Shown one piece after another: positions 50,201 through 59,637 of a DNA stretch of 64,000 nt. Position 1 is the stretch's first letter; every line of letters begins with the position of its first letter. The DNA is taken from the NCBI GenBank assembly GCA_964019335.1, contig OZ025671.1, positions 310,001 to 374,000 of the forward strand, read 5' to 3'. A program made the translations under genes and the position numbers. The stretch comes from Diplonema japonicum. Lineage: Eukaryota > Protista > Euglenozoa: Diplonemea. The notes under the pieces were generated by a model that saw only the letters and a list, made by a program, of their open reading frames with translations, made no database searches and was not told the origin of the DNA.

Positions 50201-52633
50201 GTATTGTGATCCGTTATCCAATCCGAGGGTGTCTGTGTTAAGAGGCTCAGGCCTAACCCTTCTTGTGGAAGTGTCTATTGTTTTCAGGAATGATTTCCTG
50301 GTGTCCGAGAGAAATCTCTCGTCGTTCCTGCCCTTGTTGCTCTCCTTGCTTCCCCGCCGTTCGTCGCGCGGTGCTTCGCATTCCGCGCTGTAACCCTTCT
50401 CCGCCTCGCTGGAAAAATACGTAGGCGACGTGGGGTGCTGGGGCACGTCTTTCAGAGCATCTACCAACTCTTGGATCTGTGTTGTTCTTTTCGTGCCGCG
50501 GGGTGTTGCTGGCACCGTCCTCTCCTTGTCGTCGGGTTTGTCCTGCTCCGTATCTTTCTCCTTTCTTCGTACAGATCGGGAATCTGAACTGCTGCTGCGA
50601 CTAGAATGGCTCCGCCCCCGCTCAGGACTGCTGTCATCCCTCAGAGCTTCAAGCAACCTTTTCTCATTTGCCTTTCTTGCTTCCCTCCCAACACTGTCGT
50701 TCAGCCGGTCTCGCACGCCTTTCACTTTGCGCACTCGATTTGCGTCCCTCGAACCTTCGCTGCTCGATCTATACCGGTCGGGTTTCTTCGGGGAATCTTT
50801 CTGAAGCTCAGCGCTCTTGGACACCGGTTTGGTTGGCTGTTGTTTGTTCTCCTTCGTTTTGCGGGGTTCCACTTCGTCACCGCTTGGATTTTGTTTTCCT
50901 TTGCGAGAGTTCTGTTTTTTCTCGTGTGAAGAACTTTCGCTGTTTGACCTGTCATGCTTGTTCTTTGCGGGTTCTTGTTTCATATCACGCACAAGGTTCG
51001 CCTGTCGCGCCTGAGGCTCTTCCCCGCTGCTCTTCGAACTGTCGCTACCCGAGGCACTTCTTGTTGGGCGTTGTATCTGAGGCTCTTCTTTTCGTTTCGA
51101 ACTGTCGGTGCTCGATGCACTGCTTGCTGTGACACTCCCGGATTTGGGGTCGTGCGGCTTATGCTCATCGCCAAAAGGCTCCTGTCTCGCATTATCCGAG
51201 CTGTCGCTGCTGGACTTATCATGACTACCGCTGTCCTGTTGCTTCTTCTTTGGAGCTAATGGTGGTGTGCCCTTTCGGAGCAGGGTCCTTCCCTTTGCCG
51301 CACTCGCTTTGCTGTCGCTGCTTGAAATACTGAACCTCTTTTCACCGCCAGGCGGTTTGGCATCGTGAGTAAGCTCGATGTCTTCACTTTTTGGCTGGTC
51401 CTCCTGTGGCATTGGGTCGTCTTCGTGCGTTACGACAGTACGCTTTTCTTCCTCGTCTGGTTGCGAACCGTTCCTGCGTTCGCCGTCTGACGAGCTTGCT
51501 TTGTCAGTTTCTGCTGTCTTTCGGGTGAGCTCTTGTACTGTGTCGGTCGCTTTCGTCGCCTTTGTGGGTGCGTTGCCTTCTGTAGGTGAGTCTCGTGTTG
51601 TATCTTGCGGCTGTGATGCAGGCTTGTCCCGCCATTCGCTTCTGCCACGTTCTCCGTTGCTTGAGCTGCTTGACTCAGTATTTTGCTTCTTCTTACTGGT
51701 TTTGCTTCCTTTGTGCTTAGGTGAGTGGCGTTCCTGCACTGGTATGGTAGCAGCCGAGCTTGCGCTGCTGGACCTGTCATGCCCACGGTCACGTCGCTTT
51801 GCGAGGTCCGGACCCTTGTCGCCGCTTCTTGCATCAGATAGTTTCAAGTGTCCTGTGCTGCCGGACTCGTCGCTGGGAGCGTTTACAACAATGGTTGGCT
51901 GCCTTCCAGCACTCTGCTCGGGCTTGAGGTAGCCCACCTTTTTGCGCGGTCGCTTCCTGTCAGAGCTGTCGGACGAGCCCGAGGTGTCTTCTTTGCGTGG
52001 TTTCCTTTTGCTGCGTTTAGCTTTCTTGTCACCTGCTGTGCTGCTAGCGCTGCTCGCGGAGCCGCGTCTGTGTGCAGTGCTTGCTGCGCTGCTGATGCTG
52101 CTTCGGCGCGAAGACGGTCTGAACTGCAGGGGTGGGTCGGGGATCTCGTGGGCTGTGTAGCGGCCGTGGTCACGCAGCGTGTGGTACGAAGGGAATATAG
52201 TGACGTTTGACGCATCCTTCACGACAAAGCTGCCGTTGATGTCCAGCATAGCACCTATGGTATAGAGGAGGCGTATGTCGTCGTTGGGGGGGATCACGAA
52301 GCATTCTGTAGCGTCCTTGAATGTGATGGTGACGGTTTTGGCTTCCCTCGAGGGCGAAGCAGGGAGGGACTCCCCGCCGCTGTCACTGGGGGATGCGCTT
52401 GGAGGCGGCAGCGTGGTGAGCGACTGTCCCCGTGACCCTTCCATCCTCACTGGCTTCTTCACACTCTCGGCGCCGTTGCTGTTGCTGTTGCTGCTACTGC
52501 TGCTGCTGCTGGTTCGTCTCTTCGCAACGAACAGTTTCTTCGAGAACTCCTCATCCTCTGCTGTCTCCAACCCCCACAAGGCTTGACTCTTCCGTAGCCT
52601 GTTCCGCTGGTGCAAGATTTCTTTCAGACTCAT
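47219..52633 (-). CDS. Large Ser/Lys-rich protein with C-terminal mono-ADP-ribosyltransferase (R-S-E) domain and PDZ-like domain, introns 47626-47665 and 47505-47566
   Basis: YYRGL, WPAPSSCAKDEDVA, ISQYPQEAEVLVAPFTTFRV; then GLGIAFSSNM|TVMEIKSGSPAA...VVDCNGQPV. Confidence 0.8.
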
Positions 52634-52651
52634 CGATGGGCCATTTTACCC

Positions 52652-52688
<37 letters not shown>

Positions 52689-53017
52689 TCCCCCCGTGGT
52701 CCTTTGCTGAATAATGATGCGACGAGGAATAAAAGATGAAAATACATTGTGTTTGGAGGGTAGAGAAAGTCTTTTTTTTTTCTTTTTCTTTTTTTTTTTT
52801 TCCCCTTTTAAGGCTCAGAACCGCGTCAATGTCCCAACAGGGGCCTTACGTGACTTTTGATCCTTTGTCTTTCCCGAAAGATTTTTCTTTTTGATGGTAT
52901 CTCACAATAAACCAAATGATTGAAGGCTTTGTTGGGACACTTATTTGATTCTGAGTACCCCTCTACCACGGCCATTCACATACAAAGGGGCATCATTTTG
53001 ATTGCCTCTTTTTTTTG

Positions 53018-53054
<37 letters not shown>
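53018..53054. repeat. (TTG)n microsatellite
   Basis: About 12 tandem TTG units in an intergenic spacer. Confidence 0.9.
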
Positions 53055-53055
<1 letters not shown>

Positions 53056-54455
53056 GTTGTCATTGAGAAATCTTGCCCCCCCCCCCCCCCCCTCACTAAC
53101 TGTTCACTATAGTTATAAACGTTTTTTTCCCTTTTTTTTTTTCTTCCTCTTTTCTTCCTTTCTTCTTCTTCTTCTTTTTGTTTTTTCATGTCCCTCAGGG
53201 AAGGTTTTAGTAAATGCAAGCAGAAGCCTGTAGGGGCAGTCCTGAACACGTTAGCCTGGCAGCTTCGTTTTTAGGACTCAAACTTTTCTTTAACCCTTTA
53301 GAAACGGCTGTTTTTATTGAAAGATTTCCAAAAGAAAATAAAAAGAAAAGGATCAATAACACACCACAGGTCCTGAGGGGTATCCACTTTTTGACTTTGC
53401 AAGAATCATGGCTGGAGTGCTTAAAAAGGTGGAACGAAACACAAAAAAAAAAAAAAAAAAAAAAACCCGGGTTTTTTTTTTGCCATGCCACATTCCGTAT
53501 ATTTTGACCACATATTTATGCTCGTTTCTAGAGGGCAAAAAAAAAAAAAAAAAAAAAAAGAAAGAAAGAAAGAAGAAAAACTAAGCCATAAAGTAGACAC
53601 ATGCTTTTCTTTCATTCTCTTCTTCTACTCTTCTTCCACGGCGCAAATCTCTCTTATGTTGAAGAGGCTGCTGAAGGGAAACAAAGAAAGAAGGAGTTGT
53701 GGCAAAGAAGCGGTGATATCTCTCTCTTCTTCTTTTTTTTCTTTCTTTTTTTTTTTTTTTTTAAAGCCGAAAGAGGAAACATACAATGCAGGACGGGTAA
53801 TTTGTACGTACCATCGTGGCACCTTCTGTAAAAAAAAAGGGGGGGGGGAAAGTTAAAATGGTCAGTCCACAGATAAAAGAGGCCAGTGTTGGTGGTGCCC
53901 CTGCACAAGCACTGTCTACTTGACCACAGGGGACGCACGTCGGCAGCTCTACATCTCCATAAAAAAAAACTCTTTAAAAAAAAGTTCATAGGGTGAAGGT
54001 CCGTAGGGTGGAGGTAAATCACATCTGCGAAACGTGGCTCCTAGCACAGACACGTGTAGCTGGACATCAAGAAAATAAAAAGGAGGGGATAATAAAAGAA
54101 AGCACATAACTCAAACCACAGCTGCTTTTTTAACTGGAGCAAGTAATAACATAACCAAGACCTTGCCTTCCTAAGTCGAGTTGGAAAGAAAAAGAAAACG
54201 CAGAAACATTCTCCTCCAGGTACACATGTCTGAGGGGCACATCAACCATGTGTAGCTCGCATTGCCTAAAAGAATAAAAAAAAGAAAGAAAAGAAAAAAA
54301 AGATCAGTATCGCCCAGCTAAAGTTACAACTCCCTAAGGAAAGGGGAGACTGGATAAAAATCTGCATATAAAAAAAAAAGAAAAAGAAAAGAATAAATAA
54401 CTATGTATTCGACAAAAAAGAAATAAAGACCTCATACAGAAAAATAAATACAATA

Positions 54456-56192
54456 TTACAGCCAAATAGGCATTTTTCGTGGTGACACCACAGGAGGGGG
54501 CTCTCTCCGCAGAGAGGGCGATCTTTCGTGCGAGCGGGACCTCTGAGGTGATTTATCAAAGGTCTCCACCAACCACGCCAGTTCGAAGACCTTGAGTCGC
54601 TTTTCTAAGACAGGCCAGCAACTTGGTTGCACCTCCAATCTAAAAGCCTTCCACTCAGGCCGGACATTTTCTATCCTTGATATGGGACGGGAGAGGAGGA
54701 TTTTGGTCACGATATGCCCCTCAGCGCAATAGTGCTTCAGGAAATCAGCGAGGAGTGATGATAGAGAAGGAAATCGCACTTCTTTGGTCATTAAACCAGG
54801 GCTTCTGCTGATTCCGAGTGCGCCGTACTTTTTACAATGACGAAGACCGAGGACGAGATGCTTGTAAATAGTTCCTTCAGGCGTTCGGCTTTCAAATGAA
54901 ATCCCAAAACGGACAACAGCTGTGAGATGGTGTGTCAGCAGCAGGCCTACGAAGGTCCCCTCCACGCACTGTATTTTAACCCCGTCACGGAGAATCTTCG
55001 ATGCTGTTGCATGTATTTCACCAACAGACCGTTTCTTATTCACGTCAAAGGTGGCACCTTCTGTGGTGTAGAAGAAAGTTGAAAGGATCTTTCTTGCCGC
55101 AGCGATTCCCTTTGCGCACGTCATCGGTGATATAAGTATAGGTGTCAGGTCTTTCGAAGTTCGTGACGCCACACTGTACACCGTTATCGTAACCTCCTCT
55201 TCTGACGGTATGTCCCTCAAGAGCTCTGAAGCCTGGTCGGGGTCCGACACAGGGATCTCTATGCCGCCGACCTCTGTTATAACCATCTTTTGTTTTAAAA
55301 CTGTATTCGTCCCTGCCTTCACCTGGCCGATCTGCCGACCTGACAAAGCCAGCCCTATTAGCTTGGTCTTCCCGTCCTTCTTCAGCACCACGTCGCCGAC
55401 CAGAACTGGGTGGTGGCTCTTCTGCGGGTCGCATGGTCTTATCAGCAGTTTTTCCAAGTGTGCCGTCACCTCTTTTTGTTGGATCTTAACCAGGGCCATG
55501 TGTTCCTCAAGAGGCATCACAACAGGCTTGTCCTCCTCTTGTTCCTCCACAGCAAAATGTTCCTCTTCTCCGTCCGTTAAGAGGGGTTCCTCCTCTTCGT
55601 GGAGACTTGGGATTTTAGGTTCTGGTTCCTCTTCTCGTTCCACTAATTCACCTTCGTGCACCGTCTCCACCTCAGGCTCAAGCTCAGGCTCGACCAAGGG
55701 TTCATCAAGCTCAGGCCCGACTAAAGGTTCGTCAAGTGCAGGTTCGACCAAGGGTTCGTCAGACTCAGGCACAGGCTCAGTCCGAGGTTCGGACACATTG
55801 TCTGCGGACACTTCCTCTTCCCTGTGCGTTACAAGCTCCAGGTCTAGTGGCTGCGCGGTGATCGCTGTTTTCAGTGATCTTTCTTCTTCTTTGCTTGAGC
55901 TGGTGTCGTCGCCTTCGTCATCCGTCAATTTCAGCAGCGAGCAGGTCGTCGACTCTGACAGCGAAGATGAGATTAGAGGGAGCTCGCTGCTTAACGGTGT
56001 CAACGCTTCCTCTGGTGACCCAATCCCTGGCGACTTTATTGCAGCCTCTTCCTCCTCTTCCCCACCGCGTCTCACGTCTTCAATAACAACCATCGCTTCC
56101 TGCACACCCTTCGCACTCGCCGCTACAGGGCGAATAGGGGGGTTGGCTGATGTCTCGGGCTTGCTTCCTGTGCATCCATGGCATCCCCCCAT
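54456..56192 (-). CDS. Vasohibin-family tubulin carboxypeptidase with acidic N-terminal extension and PDZ-like segment
   Basis: IQCVEGTFVGLLLT, RFGISFES, YKHLVLG and KYGALGISR...LMTK retain the vasohibin Cys-His-Ser residues. Starts MGGCHGC directly after a CAG. Confidence 0.85.
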   Translation of the reverse strand: MGGCHGCTGSKPETSANPPIRPVAASAKGVQEAMVVIEDVRRGGEEEEEAAIKSPGIGSPEEALTPLSSELPLISSSLSESTTCSLLKLTDDEGDDTSSSKEEERSLKTAITAQPLDLELVTHREEEVSADNVSEPRTEPVPESDEPLVEPALDEPLVGPELDEPLVEPELEPEVETVHEGELVEREEEPEPKIPSLHEEEEPLLTDGEEEHFAVEEQEEDKPVVMPLEEHMALVKIQQKEVTAHLEKLLIRPCDPQKSHHPVLVGDVVLKKDGKTKLIGLALSGRQIGQVKAGTNTVLKQKMVITEVGGIEIPVSDPDQASELLRDIPSEEEVTITVYSVASRTSKDLTPILISPMTCAKGIAAARKILSTFFYTTEGATFDVNKKRSVGEIHATASKILRDGVKIQCVEGTFVGLLLTHHLTAVVRFGISFESRTPEGTIYKHLVLGLRHCKKYGALGISRSPGLMTKEVRFPSLSSLLADFLKHYCAEGHIVTKILLSRPISRIENVRPEWKAFRLEVQPSCWPVLEKRLKVFELAWLVETFDKSPQRSRSHERSPSLRREPPPVVSPRKMPIWL

Positions 56193-56352
56193 CCTGTGTT
56201 GGTGGATGAAGGACAGAAATCGTTTGTAAATGAAATGAAATGAAAGCAAAGGCGAGCCGCAAGGAGGGTGAACAGATAAGTATGTCACGCTTGAGGACTA
56301 TTCCCCAAAAGTTAACTATCGCTCGCTGAAGGCGTTCGTATAAACGAAGTGT

Positions 56353-58848
56353 TCAGCTACTGGGAAGTGTTGGTGCGACTTTAGCTTGGAGCAATGCCGA
56401 GAAACCTGCGAACTCGGGCAAAGTGATGTTGTGAGTGTCTCTGAAGCGGTAGTGGTGCAGAACTTCGCGAGCAGCCGATGCTGTGAGGATGTTGGGGAGG
56501 GAGCCTTCCATGACAGGCATGGCTCGCAGCGTGGTCACAGACACTTCGCCGTGTGCGGCATGCATGGTGTTGTACACGTCACGGTCCTGTTCTGTTATGA
56601 GTTCCACGGTGGGCTCTGCAGTGGGCTTTACGTTCTTTACTTTGCACCGTGACGAGGGCCTGTGCAGAGGCGGCAGCTTGTCATTGTCCACGTCGCTTGC
56701 GGACGTGAAGCATGCCGCCTGTTTCTCTTGCAACATGGTTCTCTGCTTTTTCTGCCTCGACCCTCCCACCTCCTTGGCCTTCATGGCACGCCGGTCTAAG
56801 CCGATTAGTCTCCTGATCTCGTGCCCGTTGGGATTGCATTCGCTGCAGGTCTTGCACTTTAAAATCTTTGTATCACTCTTATAAGGCCCCGCGCCGCACA
56901 CGTAGCAGAAGTACACCTTCGACACTGCGAAGCAGGTGGGCGAGACCAGCACCTCAGACACGACTTTGTCGTGTTCCCCTGTATCATCGCCAAAGGCGGA
57001 TAACTCTATGTCATTCACAAAGTGCTCAGAATGGCTCTTACTTTTGCTGTCATTCCTGTTGCTACTTTCGGTTCGAACTCCGCTCTTGCGTTTGTTCCTC
57101 TGGTTTCTTCCTCCTCCTTCCCCTTCTCCTGTGATGGGCTTGTGTGGTACGTGATTCACACTCTTTCCAACACTCTTTACTGGTCCTGTCTGAGTGCCTA
57201 CAGTTGTGATCATTGTGTTCTCTGCTATTTCCAACAACTTGACTAATGCCAGCTTGAGCTTGAAGTTGTGCATGCCAAACAATTCGCACAAAGATCGCAA
57301 GATGAAGGCGTCCTCCTCTGTTTGCGTAGCGGGTGTCTTCATTGGTGAGTCCGCCAAGGACAGTGTTACTTGCGGGTTGGTGGCGACCCGATGCGAGAGG
57401 TCGTGGAACTTATTCAACAACGCTTTGAGCATGATGAGCGTGCTGCTGGTTCCTGCGAGCGACAACGTGTCTTCTTCGTTATGCTGGCAGGAGAAGTCAC
57501 AGGACTTCTTCGATGCTTCAACAACGGTGGTAGTGATGCTAGTGAGCTTGCCCACTTTGCGGAGTACGCTTTGGAGGGTCGAACGGGTGGTATTGACACG
57601 TCGGTCGATGCGGGAGGAGGGTACCTTTCGCATGCTGTAGTGTTTTGCGTGCTTGTTGTCCTTGTCTCGTTTGTTAATATCTGCCAACAATGAAACTTGT
57701 TCGTTCTTCCACGCGACGGACTCCATGCGCAGCACTTGCAGCTCTTCCAGGACCCTCCTGTGTACTACTATGAGATTATCATCGACACGGTCGCCCTCAC
57801 ACAAGGCGCTGCTGTTGGCCCTGGGAGAATTCATAACAGCACGCGGGGACGGAGTGCTACCACCCCCACCGCCCTTCTGTAGCGTGTCGACCTTCGTTCC
57901 CCCGTACCTGTTCTGCTTGATGACTTGCGCCGGACGTTCGTCAAAGTTCTTCAACTCCCTTTTAAGCTTGTCACGCAAAGCGAAGATCTCTTTCTCACCC
58001 ACACTCGATTCACCATCACGATCGTTTCTAAAACTGCGACTACGCCTGTCCACCTCAGCCTGCTGACGCTCCATCCCCGCCAGCTGAAGAGAAAAAGTGT
58101 GCGAAGATTCTCGTTGTTCCTTATAGTTCGCGATGAGCCCTTCCATCTCTTCGTACATCTTGTGCACCTTCTTGCGCAGCCTGGCCACGTGTGCCTCCTC
58201 CCTAGCTAAGGTTAACGCGTGCTGCTCGTCCTTCTTCCGAAGCAGCTCGTTGTAAATCTTGTCTTTGGTTACCTGCGATTCTTTCAGCACTTCGATTTCG
58301 CTTTTCAAGACCTCAACGTCGTCCCGCTGATCCGGCTGCTCAGGGGTCGGAAGTATCGGAGACCTGGTGCGGAAAGCGATGGTGGTGGTGACCTTTTGCA
58401 TGAGGGCACGGGTGTTGAGGAGACGGGTTTTTGTTTTGGCGTTGGTTTCATTAAGTTCGCGTTGAAGGCGTTCCGACTCGGCTTGGAGGTGACGCTCTAG
58501 CTCAGATGGGTTGCTGTCTTCACCGACGTCGCGTGTGATGGAGGTGATTTTATCCTTTTCGTCCAGCCACAGCCTGTCGCGCATTCTGATCTCGCCCATG
58601 TCGAGCTTCACGGTGATCGCGCCGCTGCGTAACAAATCAACGCTGTGAAGCTTCAGTCTGCTCGGCCCGAGAACGTCCTGCCATGTCCACCATAGCTTCC
58701 TCGCTGCAGCCTCCCCCGACAGCGCACCTTGAGACGTTTCGTACTTCAGCCCCACGCTTACCATTTCCATGAGCGTGTCTTTGTCCCCGCTGCAAAACGC
58801 CTCGCCATATGCACGGCCCAAGCCGAGCAGCCGCTCACGGCCCGTCAT
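56353..58848 (-). CDS. Coiled-coil protein with N-terminal SnoaL/NTF2-like domain and a CxxC...CxxC motif
   Basis: N-terminal AYGEAFCSGDKDTL...SGEAAA...DEKDKITSI pattern, coiled coil, CYVC...CKTCSEC. Confidence 0.65.
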   Translation of the reverse strand: MTGRERLLGLGRAYGEAFCSGDKDTLMEMVSVGLKYETSQGALSGEAAARKLWWTWQDVLGPSRLKLHSVDLLRSGAITVKLDMGEIRMRDRLWLDEKDKITSITRDVGEDSNPSELERHLQAESERLQRELNETNAKTKTRLLNTRALMQKVTTTIAFRTRSPILPTPEQPDQRDDVEVLKSEIEVLKESQVTKDKIYNELLRKKDEQHALTLAREEAHVARLRKKVHKMYEEMEGLIANYKEQRESSHTFSLQLAGMERQQAEVDRRSRSFRNDRDGESSVGEKEIFALRDKLKRELKNFDERPAQVIKQNRYGGTKVDTLQKGGGGGSTPSPRAVMNSPRANSSALCEGDRVDDNLIVVHRRVLEELQVLRMESVAWKNEQVSLLADINKRDKDNKHAKHYSMRKVPSSRIDRRVNTTRSTLQSVLRKVGKLTSITTTVVEASKKSCDFSCQHNEEDTLSLAGTSSTLIMLKALLNKFHDLSHRVATNPQVTLSLADSPMKTPATQTEEDAFILRSLCELFGMHNFKLKLALVKLLEIAENTMITTVGTQTGPVKSVGKSVNHVPHKPITGEGEGGGRNQRNKRKSGVRTESSNRNDSKSKSHSEHFVNDIELSAFGDDTGEHDKVVSEVLVSPTCFAVSKVYFCYVCGAGPYKSDTKILKCKTCSECNPNGHEIRRLIGLDRRAMKAKEVGGSRQKKQRTMLQEKQAACFTSASDVDNDKLPPLHRPSSRCKVKNVKPTAEPTVELITEQDRDVYNTMHAAHGEVSVTTLRAMPVMEGSLPNILTASAAREVLHHYRFRDTHNITLPEFAGFSALLQAKVAPTLPSS

Positions 58849-58941
58849 CGCCCTTCGTTGAGGGTGTAAGGGGAATAATGAAATCAATACTAACTAACCA
58901 ATGGGTGGGAACACTTTCTTCATTCGTATCATTAGGGGGGT

Positions 58942-59465
58942 CTAAGAGGTTATGTCGGTAATGTCGGCTGTTCGGTCGTCCACACCATCGTCGTCCGACT
59001 CGTCAGCTACAAGCAAGTGGGACTTGTCCCCATAGCCACCGAACCTTGGTTTTTTTTTCTCTTTTTTCTTGAACAAGCGGCATACCCTTCTGCTTTCGCA
59101 TTTGCAGCATCGTCTTCGTCTTCTTCTTCTATGTACAAGGCCCAGTTCGTGCCGAGCCAGTGTTTTGTTAGTTTCGCGGGTTGTTTGAGAAGCTTATCCC
59201 AGTATGGCCCTTCCTCTTTCTTCTTCCCTACTATTTCCACGCATCGGTCTGTCACTCTGTATGTGGACTCTTCCTTGTTAATCTGACCCCATAGGTCGAA
59301 CACTGCGCTGTAGTCACCTTCTTCTCCCGCTTTCTTCCCCTTTCCGACGAAGAGTATCTTTTCGTCCTCAAAAGACACCTCGCACGAGCACCCCATCAGC
59401 TCCACTGTGATGAAGACTCTGTCCTTTCGCTGTGCCCACACGCACGGGGGAGGCTTGACTGCCAT
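58942..59465 (-). CDS. Hsp90 co-chaperone p23 (CS domain), intron 59045-59085
   Basis: PPCVWAQRKDRVFITVEL, INKEES, YWDKLLK, WLGTNWALYIEEEDED; acidic tail after splicing (EG|FGGYGD...DITS*). Confidence 0.9.
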
Positions 59466-59497
59466 TTTCTTTTTTGTTTCTTTTTTGTAAAATGTCC

Positions 59498-59528
<31 letters not shown>

Positions 59529-59637
59529 TGTTGTTGATCGCAATGAAGTGGAGGGACATCACTTTCTTGTCGCTAAAATAAGGCTTGACAGGCTTGAACT
59601 CGTGGATTTGTTAAGCCCCCCCCCCCCCCCCCCCCCC

